From positions 1 to 47,280 of the forward strand of contig CAVVNQ010000017.1 of NCBI GenBank assembly GCA_963749705.1: DNA of 47,280 bases, read 5' to 3'. The notes under the pieces were generated by a model, which saw only the letters and a list, made by a program, of their open reading frames with translations, ran no database searches and was not told the origin of the DNA. This document shows, piece by piece, positions 22,306-31,938 of this stretch. Position numbers and translations under genes: made by a program. Each line of letters starts with the position of its first letter. Position 1 is the stretch's first letter. This stretch comes from an uncultured Chloroflexia bacterium (GTDB lineage: Bacteria; Chloroflexota; Limnocylindria; Limnocylindrales; CSP1-4).

Positions 22306-22971
22306 TCACGCCGTCGCCGTCTCCGCCGCGCCCACCAGCCGGCGCGCCAGCGCGACCGCGCCGATCGCGTCCTCGCTGTACCCGTCGGCGCCGATCTCCG
22401 CGGCCCAGGTCGCGCTGGCGGGCGCGCCGCCCACCATCACCCTGACCTTCGACCGGAGGCCGGCCGCCTCGAGCGCCTCGACCACCGTCCGCTGCCCCGC
22501 CATCGTGGTCGTCAGCAGCGCGGACACGCCGATGAGGTCCGCGTTGTGCTCGCGGGCGGCCTCGATGAACTGGTCGGGCGACACGTTCACGCCCAGGTCG
22601 TGGACCTCGAAGCCGCTGGTCGACAGCATCATCCCGACCAGGTTCTTGCCGATCTCGTGGATGTCGCCCTTGACCGTCCCGATCACGACCCGCCCGACGA
22701 CGTGGCGCTCGGTGGCCTGGCGCGCCATCTCGGGCTCGAGCACCGCGACCGCCTTCTGCATCGCCCGGGCGGCGAGCATCATGTCCGGCAGGAACAGCTC
22801 GCCGGCCGCGAACTCGTCGCCGACATGCGTCAGCCCGGGCACGAACCCTTCGTCGATCGCGGCCAGCGGGGCCACGCCGTTCGCGAGCGCCTCCTCGGCC
22901 AGGGCCGTGGACCGCGCGGCGTCGCCGTCGATGATCGCCTGGCGCATCGCGCCGAACAGGTTGTCCGTCAT
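22306..22971 (-). CDS. Methyltransferase cognate corrinoid protein (MttC/MtaC-like)
   Basis: AGGAGG RBS; B12 cap domain ELFLPDM, DIHEIGKNLV, SALLTTT, VMVGGAP, GADGY. Confidence 0.93.
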   Translation of the reverse strand: MTDNLFGAMRQAIIDGDAARSTALAEEALANGVAPLAAIDEGFVPGLTHVGDEFAAGELFLPDMMLAARAMQKAVAVLEPEMARQATERHVVGRVVIGTVKGDIHEIGKNLVGMMLSTSGFEVHDLGVNVSPDQFIEAAREHNADLIGVSALLTTTMAGQRTVVEALEAAGLRSKVRVMVGGAPASATWAAEIGADGYSEDAIGAVALARRLVGAAETATA

Positions 22972-23091
22972 GGGTGGTCCTCCTGGTGCCCGGAACGCGG
23001 GTGTGGTCGTGAGTGGTCCTGGCTTGGGGGTGCTGCCTGCAAGTGGCAGCCCGTGCGGTGGTCCTGGACGCGGACCTGGTCGAGGTCGTGG

Positions 23092-24574
23092 CTACGAGTC
23101 GGGGACCGTGTGGCGGACGCCGGCCGACTCGGTCGAGGCCCGCAGCCCGCTCGAGGATCTCGCCGATGACCTCCGAAGCCGACTCCGGCAGCGGCGGCGG
23201 CTCGTGCGCTGCCAGCAGCTCGTCCACGCGGGCCGCCGCTCGCTCGCCCATGGTCCGGCTGCCACGCGCCGCCCACGCCGAGTGCCCCAGCCGGTCGCTC
23301 AGCGACGGGTACCAGCGCTCGCGGTAGTGGCGCATGGTGTCGTCGGTCTCGAGGAACGATCCGTCCGGTCCCAGCTCGTCGATGAGATCCAGCGCGAGCG
23401 CATCGTCGCCGGTGTCGACGGGCGCGATCGCGGCCCGGATCCAGGACGCGATCTCGTCGCACACGACCAGCTGGGCGAGCGAACCGGTCAGCCCCGACTC
23501 GAGGTAGCCCGAGTCATGGAGCAGCTGGCCGCCGGCCAGCGCGTCGACGAGCATCGTGAGCGCGGCCTCGATCGCCGCCTGCTGGTCGACGACCTTGCTG
23601 TCGCTGCCGCCGGCCAGGCTGAACATCGGCAGGCCGTAGTGGTGCGCGAGCGAGGGCACCGTTCCCCGGTGGTCCGGACCGGCATATGGATCGACCATCG
23701 TGCGCAGGTCGAGCGCATCGCCGCCGAACCCGGGCACGATCACCGGCGTCCCGGGCCGAACCAGCTGCGCGAGGACGATCCCCACCAGCACGCCCGCGTT
23801 GTTGAGGGCGAGGTTGCCGGCGACCGAGATCGGCCCGGTGGTGCCCGACGAGGTCACCGGGATCCACATCGCGGGCAGCCCGCGCTCGGCCAGGATGAGC
23901 AGCTTGCGCAGCGAGTCCTCGTTGTGGACGAGGCCGCGGGTGACGTTGATGTACAGGGCGACGTTGGGGCGCTCGCGCAGCGCCTCGGCGCCACCGGCGA
24001 CGGCCTCGGCCATGGCGATCGCGTCGAGCATCGCGTCCACGTCGTAGGTGACCACGACCAGGGGCTTGGTCGTGTGCTGCAGCATGAGCGCCATCTGGTG
24101 CCGGTCCGCGAGCGCCGGGTCGACGTCCGACGGCAGGAACATCGACATCGCGAAGTCCATGTCGGGCAGCGCGTCAACGAGGGTGAGGCCGTCGCGGGCG
24201 TCGCCGAGGACGGCGGGCCGCCGCTGGCCGGTGCGGTGGTCGAGCACGTTGAGGCAGTCGGATCCCGGCCCGAAGAACACGTTGTCGCCCTCGACGGCGA
24301 GCGCCGGCCGGCCGCTGCGGTTGTGGAGCGTGACGCCCTTCGGCGCTGCCGACAGCGCCCATTCGACGAGCGATCCGGGGACGTGCACCCGGCCGCCGTC
24401 GACGCGCGCCCCCGCGCCATGGAGGCGTTCGACCGCCTCGGGATCGTGCAGCACGCAGCCCGTGCGCTCCAGGATCGCGACGCTGGCGTCGTGCAGCCGG
24501 TCACAGTCGGCCGGCGTGAGCCGGTCGTAGCGCGGCGAGCGGGATGCGCTCGGCATCCGGGTACGCGAAAGCAA
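23092..24574 (-). CDS. MttB-superfamily methyltransferase, non-pyrrolysine; probable +1 frameshift near the C-terminus (~23140)
   Basis: TTG 24574 with AGGAGG RBS; SDSKVVDQQAAIE, HDSGYLESG; removing one G near 23140 gives TAG at 23092 and 493 aa, otherwise the frame reads through to 22223. Confidence 0.8.
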
Positions 24575-24705
24575 GGACGCCTCCTGGACGGGTCGTCGAC
24601 CGCCAGCGTCGCCCCCCGGCCGCCGGTCCCGATAGGGCGGGACGGTCCCTCGGGACGGGACCGACGGACCATCCGGCGCCCCTGTCCCCCCGCGAGACTG
24701 TGCTG

Positions 24706-26319
24706 ATGCCCGACGTCGTACTCGGGATGGAGCGTCGACCGCTCGTCCCCGGCCGCCTCCTGTTCGACGATGCCGCGGAGCTGTCAGTCATGGTTCCCGC
24801 GTCCTGTCGCCGGACCGGGCGCTGCCACGAGTGCGTCATCGAGATCCGCGCCGGTGGCGAGCAGCTGTCCCCGCGGACCGAGCCCGAGACGTTCCTCGGA
24901 CCCGGGTTCCGGCTCGCCTGCCAGGCACGCGTGGAGCGGGCCGAGCAGGACCTCGAGTTCGCCGTCCTGCGCCGCCGCCTGCGGATCCAGCTGGCGCCCG
25001 AGGCCACGACGGCCGAGGTCGACGCCCGGGTCCGCGATCAGGACGGCCGGCGGCTCGCCGAGGATGGCACCGACCTCGGCCCATCGGCGGGATCCCCGCT
25101 GGGCGTGGCCCTCGACGTCGGCACGACCACGGTCGTGCTCGAGATCGTGGACCTGGTCCAGGGCACGATCCTCGCGGTCGCCGCGTTCGAGAACCCGCAG
25201 CGGTTCGGTGGCAGCGATGTCGTGACGCGGGTCTCGTACGACACCGACCGGCCCGGTGAGCTGCGCCAGGCGCTTCGACGCGCGCTCAACCACGAGCTGC
25301 GCCGGCTGTACCGGGCGCTCGACATCGACCGCCACCGGCTGGTCGAGATGTACGTGGTCGGGAACCCGACCATGCGCGACCTGTTCTTCGGCCTCGACGT
25401 CCGGCCGATCGGCCATATCCCGTACCGCTCGGTGACCGAGACCGCCGTGCGCGATGGGGCCGCGACCTCGACCACGGTCACCCGCCGGGCGCACGAGCTG
25501 GGGATCCTCGTGCATCCCCAGGCACGGATCACGGGCGGGCCGCTGATCGCGAGCCACGTCGGGGCGGATGCCGCCGCGGACCTCGTCGCGACCGGCGCGG
25601 TCGAGCGCGGTGGCTCGTTCCTGCTCGTGGACATCGGCACCAACACGGAGGTGATCGTCTCGGACGGCACCCGGATCCTGGCCGCGTCGAGCCCCGCCGG
25701 CCCGGCGTTCGAGGGCGGCGGCGTGCGCCATGGGATGCCCGGTGCGGAGGGCGCGATCGAGGCCGTTCGGCTCTTCCGGGGCCGGCTCGATATCCGGACG
25801 ATCGGCGGTGGGCCGCCCGAGGGAATCTGCGGCTCCGGCCTCGTCGACCTGCTCGCGGAGCTGCGGCGAGCCGAATGGCTGAGCCCGCGCGGGGCCCTTG
25901 CAGACCATGCATCAGAGGTGACGGTGGTAGCCGATCCGAAGATCACGTTCTCGCGCGCCGACATCGGCCACCTCGCGGTCGCGAAGGCGGCGACGACGGT
26001 GGGCCAGCGGGTGCTGCTGCGCCGGCTGGGGATCACGCCCGCGCAGCTGGACCACGTGTACCTCGCGGGCGGGTTCGCCAATGCGCTCGACGTCGGCTCG
26101 GCGGTCGACATCGGGCTGCTCGTCCCGGTCGCGGTCGAGCGGGTGGTCAGGACCGGGAACGCGTCGATCGCCGGTGCCCGGGCCCTGCTGCTGTCGGGTC
26201 ACCGTCGCGCGAGCCTGGAGGCGCTGGTCCGGCGGATCGAGCACGTGGAGCTCGAGTCCGAGCCCGACTTCTTTGACCTGTTCACCGACGGCTGCCTGTT
26301 CGAGCCGATCGCCGCGTGA
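24706..26319 (+). CDS. ASKHA-domain reductive activator of corrinoid proteins (RACo) with N-terminal [2Fe-2S]
   Basis: CRRTGRCHEC...RLACQ; DVGTTT, NPQ..GSDV..R, DIGTNTE, AGPAFEG, GICGSG, LAGGF. Confidence 0.9.
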   Translation: MPDVVLGMERRPLVPGRLLFDDAAELSVMVPASCRRTGRCHECVIEIRAGGEQLSPRTEPETFLGPGFRLACQARVERAEQDLEFAVLRRRLRIQLAPEATTAEVDARVRDQDGRRLAEDGTDLGPSAGSPLGVALDVGTTTVVLEIVDLVQGTILAVAAFENPQRFGGSDVVTRVSYDTDRPGELRQALRRALNHELRRLYRALDIDRHRLVEMYVVGNPTMRDLFFGLDVRPIGHIPYRSVTETAVRDGAATSTTVTRRAHELGILVHPQARITGGPLIASHVGADAAADLVATGAVERGGSFLLVDIGTNTEVIVSDGTRILAASSPAGPAFEGGGVRHGMPGAEGAIEAVRLFRGRLDIRTIGGGPPEGICGSGLVDLLAELRRAEWLSPRGALADHASEVTVVADPKITFSRADIGHLAVAKAATTVGQRVLLRRLGITPAQLDHVYLAGGFANALDVGSAVDIGLLVPVAVERVVRTGNASIAGARALLLSGHRRASLEALVRRIEHVELESEPDFFDLFTDGCLFEPIAA

Positions 26320-28088
26320 GGAACCCGATGCCCAACCTTCGCGCCGTCACCTCCGCATCGCCCGGCCCGATGACCGGTCCCGGCGCCCTGCGGCACGTCC
26401 TCTCCCGTTCCGACGGGTTCGCCGTCGTGGTCGAGCTCGTGCCGTGGGCCGGGGAGCTGACCGACGCGCGCGGCCAGCGCCCGCTGCGCATGGCCGCGGA
26501 CCTCGCGGGCGACACCCGGGTCACGTCGCTCAGCGTGACCGACAACGCCGGCGGCCACGTGCGCCTCAGCCCCCATGCGCCGGGCGAGGCGCTCCAGGCG
26601 TTCGGGCACGACGTGATCGTCCACGTGGCGTGTCGCGACCGGAACCGCAACGGGCTCCAGAGCCTGGGCTGGGACCTGCTCAGCCGGGATCTGACGACCG
26701 TGCTGGCGGTCACCGGCGATTACCCGGTCGAGGGCTTCAACGGCTTGTCCAAGCCGGTGTTCGACATGGACTCGGTGGGGCTGCTCGCGCTGTACCGCGA
26801 CCTTGGCGCCGCCGCGGTTGCCCGCGCCACGGCCGACGGGGCGCCCGACGCCGAGGACCACGCCTTCTTCCTCGGCTGCGCGGTCGATCCGCACAAGCGG
26901 CTCGAGCGCGACCTCGTGCCCCAGTACCTCAAGCTCGCGATGAAGGCCCGCTCGGGCGCCGGGTTCGTGATCACGCAGGTGGGCTACGACGCCCGCAAGC
27001 AGGACGAGCTGCTGCGCGTCATGCGCCGGGACGCCATCGACCTGCCCGCCATCGCCAACGCGTACATCCTCGACCGCGGCGTGGCCCGCGCGTTCCACGC
27101 CGGCCGGGTGCCGGGCTGCGTCGTCACCGACGAGCTGCTCGCCCTGGTCGAGCGCCACGCGGCCGGTCCCGACAAGGGACGCGCGTTCTTCCTCGAGCTC
27201 GCGGCCAAGCAGCTGGTCGTCGCCCGTGGGCTCGGCTATCGCGGGGTGTACCTGTCGGGCCACCGCAATGCCGCCGAGATCACCCGTGTCCTGGAGCTGG
27301 CGGCGGCGCATGACCCGAACGACTGGCGGACCCTGGTCGGCCATGTCTCGTTCGGGCTGCCGGGCGCGTTTCAGCTGTTCCAGTCGGACGGCGCCGGGCT
27401 CAACACCGACGAGCCGGCAGCGCCGTACGTGGACTCGTTGACGGCGGCAAGCCGCAGCCGCGCCCGGCGCGGCGTCGACCCGTTCTACAAGGTGAACCGC
27501 GCCCTCCACTCCCGCGTGTTCGAGTCGGGCACGCCCGGCTTCCGGACCTGGGCGGGCATCTTCGGGGCGATCGAGCGAGCGCACATCGGCAAGCCGCTCC
27601 ACGTGCTCGAGCAGGCCGTCAAGGTGCCGCTGTTCGACTGCCGCGACTGCGGAGACTGCTCGCTGCCCGACATCGCCTACCTGTGCCCGGAGTCTCACTG
27701 CGCCAAGAACCAGCGCAACGGGCCGTGCGGCGGCGCGCACGACGGTCGATGCGAGGTGGGCGACCGTCCCTGCGTCTGGGCCGAGGCGTACCGCCGGCTC
27801 AAGCCGTATGGCGAGGAGCGCACCATGCTCGACCGTGCGCCGGTGATCCAGGACAATCGCCTGCGACGGACGAGCGCCTGGGCGAACACGTTCCTCCGGC
27901 GTGACCACTTCGGACCCCATCCGGCCGCGGCCCCGTCGGCGACCGCGGGGACTCCGGTGACCCCGTTGACTCCGGTCGCTCCGGCGCCCGTGCCGCATCT
28001 TGCCGTGGCCCCCGCGCCCACTCCCAGCACGACCCCCGCCCCAACCACGACACCCGCCGCCACCCCCGAGAAAGGATCCAGCTCGTGA
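26316..28088 (+). CDS. metF: Methylenetetrahydrofolate reductase with fused C-terminal Cys-rich (MetV-like) domain
   Basis: SVTDNAGG, HVACRDRNRNGLQS, AVTGDYP, FVITQ; C-terminal CRDCGDC...CP...CAK..RNGPCGG...CEV..PCVW; Pro/Thr-rich tail. Confidence 0.85.
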   Translation: MRNPMPNLRAVTSASPGPMTGPGALRHVLSRSDGFAVVVELVPWAGELTDARGQRPLRMAADLAGDTRVTSLSVTDNAGGHVRLSPHAPGEALQAFGHDVIVHVACRDRNRNGLQSLGWDLLSRDLTTVLAVTGDYPVEGFNGLSKPVFDMDSVGLLALYRDLGAAAVARATADGAPDAEDHAFFLGCAVDPHKRLERDLVPQYLKLAMKARSGAGFVITQVGYDARKQDELLRVMRRDAIDLPAIANAYILDRGVARAFHAGRVPGCVVTDELLALVERHAAGPDKGRAFFLELAAKQLVVARGLGYRGVYLSGHRNAAEITRVLELAAAHDPNDWRTLVGHVSFGLPGAFQLFQSDGAGLNTDEPAAPYVDSLTAASRSRARRGVDPFYKVNRALHSRVFESGTPGFRTWAGIFGAIERAHIGKPLHVLEQAVKVPLFDCRDCGDCSLPDIAYLCPESHCAKNQRNGPCGGAHDGRCEVGDRPCVWAEAYRRLKPYGEERTMLDRAPVIQDNRLRRTSAWANTFLRRDHFGPHPAAAPSATAGTPVTPLTPVAPAPVPHLAVAPAPTPSTTPAPTTTPAATPEKGSSS

Positions 28089-29137
28089 GGCCCGACCGTT
28101 CCGGCAACCCGTTCCTCGTCGTGGGCGAGAACATCCACGCCACGCGCATCGTCAAGCGGGCCGGCAGGCACGCCGTCGAGCTCGAGGAAGGCGCGGTCGG
28201 CATCGGCTTCGACCTGCCCGACGGCGAGCGCGGCGTCCTCCCCGTGCACCCGGACATCGCGGCCGGCCGCGACTTCGCGAACGGCAAGATCAAGCACGTG
28301 GCGAGTGCGATCCGGTGGGGGCTCGACGAGGGCGAGCTCGCGGACCTGGCCGCCGCCTACATCCGATCCATGGCCGCCCGCCAGGAGCGCGCGGGTGCCG
28401 ACTGGCTGGACCTCAACGCGGATGAGATCGCGTCCGAATCATCCGTCCGCGCACGGGCGATGGCGTGGCTGGTCGGCGTCGTCGAGGGGTCGGCCGGGGT
28501 GCCGATCTCGATCGACTCCTCGGACGTGTCCGTCCTCGCGGCCGGCGTCGAGGCATCGACCCATCCGGTCGGGCGGCTGCTGCTCAACTCCGCCTCGCTC
28601 GAGCGGCCGGAGGTGCTCGACCTCGCCGCGAAGGCCGGGTGCGCGGTGGTGCTCGCTGCCAGCGGGCGGTCCGGGATGCCGGCCAACGCCGAGCAGCGCA
28701 TCGCGAACGCGACCGCGCTGCTCGAGGAGGCCACCGCCCGCGGGATCGAGACCGAGCGCCTGTACGCCGACCCGCTGGTGCTCCCCGTTGCGGTCGAGCC
28801 CGACGCGCCCGGCCACGTGCTGGCGACGGCGCGGGCCCTTCGGGCAGAGCACGGCGCGTCGATCCACCTGACCGGCGGGCTGTCCAACGTCTCGTTCGGG
28901 CTCCCCGAGCGACGCCTGCTCAACGACGTGTTCATCGACCTCGCGGCCGAGGCGGGCATCGACGGCGGGATCATCGACCCGGTCGCGTCGGACCTCGGGC
29001 GGGTGTTCGGGGCGGACCGCGACTCGGAGCCCTACCGGCTGGCCGCTGACCTGCTGCTCGGGCGAGATCCGTTCGGGGCCGAGTACGTGAGCGCGTTCCG
29101 CTCGGGCCGCCTGAGCGCCGAGCCCGTCGAGGCCTGA
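28085..29137 (+). CDS. Pterin-binding methylcorrinoid:tetrahydrofolate methyltransferase (AcsE/MT2-like, DHPS fold)
   Basis: VGENIH, GADWLDLN, ISIDSS, LLNS, DPLVLP, GLSNVSFGLPERRLLN, IIDP. Confidence 0.85.
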   Translation: MRPDRSGNPFLVVGENIHATRIVKRAGRHAVELEEGAVGIGFDLPDGERGVLPVHPDIAAGRDFANGKIKHVASAIRWGLDEGELADLAAAYIRSMAARQERAGADWLDLNADEIASESSVRARAMAWLVGVVEGSAGVPISIDSSDVSVLAAGVEASTHPVGRLLLNSASLERPEVLDLAAKAGCAVVLAASGRSGMPANAEQRIANATALLEEATARGIETERLYADPLVLPVAVEPDAPGHVLATARALRAEHGASIHLTGGLSNVSFGLPERRLLNDVFIDLAAEAGIDGGIIDPVASDLGRVFGADRDSEPYRLAADLLLGRDPFGAEYVSAFRSGRLSAEPVEA

Positions 29138-29179
29138 CCGTCTCCGGCGGAACGCTCGGAGCATCCCTCACACGCGACC

Positions 29180-29950
29180 CTATGCAGGCGCCCGGCTCTC
29201 CGATACCGGGACGGCCTTGACCACGCCGTCGTCGTAGCTCATCGCCAGGCGCTCGCCGGGCTGGAGGACGAGCACCTCGTCGTTCCAGTCCCCGTCGATC
29301 AGCCGGCGCAGCAGGACCAGGCTGCCCTCCACCCGCTCGAACGCCCAGCCCCGCCGATCCGCCTGCTCGCGCGCGACTGCCGCGGCCGCGTCGTCGTCGC
29401 CGACGCCCATGGCCACGAACGCCCCCCGGCTGTAGTGCGCACGCCACGCACCCATGACCTCCATCAGGTAGTCCGCGTTGTCCTCGCCGTACTTCTCGAC
29501 GTACTCCGCCCGCACGGCGGCCAGCTCCTCCTCGGTGTCGCTGGCAAACCCGGCACCGGCCGGCCCGGAGCGGTTGCCGTCGAGTCGCTCCAGCTGATCC
29601 GCGACGTACCAGTACGTGGCACCCTCGCGGGTCTCCGCGTCGTAGCGCTCGCGGCCGCCGAGGAACAGCGTGATGCAGTCGTGCGCGCGCGGGAGGACCA
29701 CCGGCACGTCGCGCGCCTCGATCCCGGCGGTCGCGCCGCCGCACAGGCCATAGCCCAGGACGACGGCGTCATAGCCCGGCGGTGTGGCGTCGATCGCGCC
29801 CTGCAGCTGCGATCGCAGGTCGGGCGGATCGTCGTGCAGGCCGCGCCGGAACAGCGTCACGTCGACCACGTGGGGCGACCGGGCCGCGCACAGGTAGACG
29901 GGCCGCGCGAGGATGTCGCACGCGATCGCGTGCAGGCGCTTGGCCGCCAT
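29180..29950 (-). CDS. DUF1638-like protein associated with corrinoid clusters
   Basis: IACDIL, GLHDDP..LR..LQ, LGYGLCGG, RAHDCITLFLG, EKYGEDNA; ATG overlaps the upstream TGA. Confidence 0.8.
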   Translation of the reverse strand: MAAKRLHAIACDILARPVYLCAARSPHVVDVTLFRRGLHDDPPDLRSQLQGAIDATPPGYDAVVLGYGLCGGATAGIEARDVPVVLPRAHDCITLFLGGRERYDAETREGATYWYVADQLERLDGNRSGPAGAGFASDTEEELAAVRAEYVEKYGEDNADYLMEVMGAWRAHYSRGAFVAMGVGDDDAAAAVAREQADRRGWAFERVEGSLVLLRRLIDGDWNDEVLVLQPGERLAMSYDDGVVKAVPVSESRAPA

Positions 29951-31113
29951 CAGCCGGACAGCGGATAGCGGCCGAACGTCTCGACCTCGTCGACCATGGC
30001 GAGGACATTCTCGGGCGGCACGTCGCCCATCACGGTGTGCACGGCACCCAGCATGAACCCGCCGCCCGGGCCGAGCAGGGAGATCACCCGCCGGACCTCG
30101 GCGCGAACCTCGTCCGGCGTCCCCGACGGCAGCACGCGGTGGGTGTCCATCCCGCCGCAGAACACCAGGTTGTCGCCGAACCGGCGCTTGAGCCCGCCGA
30201 AGTCGCTCATCCCGCCCGCCGATGCCTGGACGGGGTTGAGGATGTCGACCCCGATCTCGATGAAGTCGCCCAGCAGGTCGTAGACGTCGCCGTCGGTGTG
30301 GAACATCAGCTTGGCGTCGGTTCGCTCGCGGATGAACGCGATGTAGTCCGCGTGGATCGGCTTGAGGATCCGGCGGTACATCGCCGGCGACATCAGCAGC
30401 CCCACCTGCGAGCCGAGGTCGTCGCCGATCTTGATCATGTCGATGAGGTCCCCGCACTCGCGCAGGAAGCCATCCATGATCCCCTTGCACACGCCCTGGA
30501 TCTTCCACAGCAGGGCTTCCGCGAACTCGGGTTCCGCGGCCAGGTTGAGCAGGAACCCGTCGGTGCCCTGCATCGCGAACGCGCGCTCCAGCGGGAACAG
30601 CAGCCACGGTGTGGCCAGGCTGGCGTAGCGGTTTTCGTCGCGCAGACGCTGGGCTTCGGCCCGGACCCCCTCGAAGCGGGTCGGGTCGGTCACGTCGGGC
30701 CATGGGTATGCCTCGATCTCGTCCAGCGTCGTCGCGTCCGCCATCGGGTGGACGCCCGGGAACCAGGTGCCAGGCGTGGCCTCGAGCTGGCCGCTGCCCC
30801 AGTCGTCGATGAACGGGGAATGCGGGTCGCGGGCGGCGTTGCGCGCCCGGGTCGCCGCCGGAAAGCGGTCGAGCACGCCGCGCACGTCGCCGTGGAGGCG
30901 CTCGTACGTGGCCTCGTCCGGGAGCGCGGTCCCCAGCTCCGGCCAGTCGTAGATGTAGCGGTCCGGTGCCTCGATCCCGGCCAGCGCCTTGATGCCCTGG
31001 TACGTGGACATCTTGATCCCGGTGGCGTTGCTGGGGCCGAGCACGATCGGCACGCGATCGGGTTCCTCGTGGGCAAGCGTCGCGAGCACGCGCTCGCGCG
31101 GGGTCATCGGCAT
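29950..31113 (-). CDS. Uroporphyrinogen decarboxylase-family protein (MtaA/CmuA-like methyltransferase)
   Basis: GGAGG RBS; MTPRERV..L.HEEPDRVP, GDDLGSQ..LLMSP, FHTDG, LNPVQ, GGGF..GAVH. Confidence 0.85.
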   Translation of the reverse strand: MPMTPRERVLATLAHEEPDRVPIVLGPSNATGIKMSTYQGIKALAGIEAPDRYIYDWPELGTALPDEATYERLHGDVRGVLDRFPAATRARNAARDPHSPFIDDWGSGQLEATPGTWFPGVHPMADATTLDEIEAYPWPDVTDPTRFEGVRAEAQRLRDENRYASLATPWLLFPLERAFAMQGTDGFLLNLAAEPEFAEALLWKIQGVCKGIMDGFLRECGDLIDMIKIGDDLGSQVGLLMSPAMYRRILKPIHADYIAFIRERTDAKLMFHTDGDVYDLLGDFIEIGVDILNPVQASAGGMSDFGGLKRRFGDNLVFCGGMDTHRVLPSGTPDEVRAEVRRVISLLGPGGGFMLGAVHTVMGDVPPENVLAMVDEVETFGRYPLSG

Positions 31114-31274
31114 GCGGGCCTCCGGTGGCCGGGACTCGACGCCGGCCTGACCCGAGCGTAGCCCCACCCGGCTGGTGGCGTCTCGTCCGTCCGGCTCGGG
31201 CTGCGAGGTTCGATCGGCAGGGGCTCGACGCGCCGGCCCGCGGCGCGCTCGCACCGGCGCGCTCGCACCGGCGC

Positions 31275-31386
31275 GACTCATCCAGTGCGTCACGTGGGCT
31301 TCCAGGCACCGGGGATCCGGCCGGTTACGCCCGCTTCGGGCTCGATCGACCCAGGCTGGCATCGCCTTTGACGCGCCCGCTGAGTC
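31275..31386. repeat. ~112-bp dispersed element with inverted termini, copy B, flanked by a 14-bp tandem repeat at 31241-31268
   Basis: Ends GACTCATCCAGTGCGTCA / TGACGCGCCCGCTGAGTC; inverted homolog of 12169-12279. Confidence 0.6.
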
Positions 31387-31517
31387 ACCGGACATCGGGC
31401 GGGCCGTAGCCATGGGCGCGACTCAGGACCGGAACCGGGAGCCCGTTCCCTCCATGACGTACGGTTGTCGGCGCATGGGTCACCACGGACCACGGCCGCA
31501 GGCATCGGAGGACGACC

Positions 31518-31925
31518 ATGGCGACGGGCACCGGCACCCGCGACGATCCCTGGCAGCTCACGACCGCCAACGGGGGCTCGCAGTACCAGATGTGGCGCGA
31601 CGAAACGGCCGATCCGCCGGCGCTCGTGTGCCAGGTCGGCGGCACCCAGCTCCGGTACCAGCTGCGCGCCATCGACGATCTGCACCAGTGGCTCCGGACG
31701 CAGGAAGACTGGGTCCCGCTCGGCGGTGCCGACGAGCAGAAGCCGGCACCCGCGGGGACGGTCGAGGCGTGGGGTCGATCGGAGGACAACCCCGTTGGCG
31801 GCTGGTACGGGCTCAAGAAGGGCCTTCGTGGCCGGTTCGGCGTGTACCTGCCACCGCTCCTCGAGCACCTGGGCCTCGCGGAGCTCGAGCACAACCCCAG
31901 GAACAACCGCATGCGCGGACGCTGA
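31518..31925 (+). CDS. Conserved hypothetical protein (DUF6855-like)
   Basis: GGAGG RBS; DDPW.L.T, LVCQVG, NPVGGWYGLKKG.RGRF..Y.PP, EHNPRNNRMR; family name from recall. Confidence 0.75.
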   Translation: MATGTGTRDDPWQLTTANGGSQYQMWRDETADPPALVCQVGGTQLRYQLRAIDDLHQWLRTQEDWVPLGGADEQKPAPAGTVEAWGRSEDNPVGGWYGLKKGLRGRFGVYLPPLLEHLGLAELEHNPRNNRMRGR

Positions 31926-31938
31926 GGGCAGCACGTCA

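Noticed and set aside
19185-24574. Pyrrolysine recoding in mttB genes
   Set aside because: No internal in-frame TAG and no pyl genes; the interruptions are frameshifts
24575-24705. Cobalamin riboswitch upstream of the corrinoid genes (31114-31517 also checked)
   Set aside because: No B12-box or GGGAA...GCCCCCGCAACTGT-like core recognised by eye; a covariance search would be needed to exclude it fully
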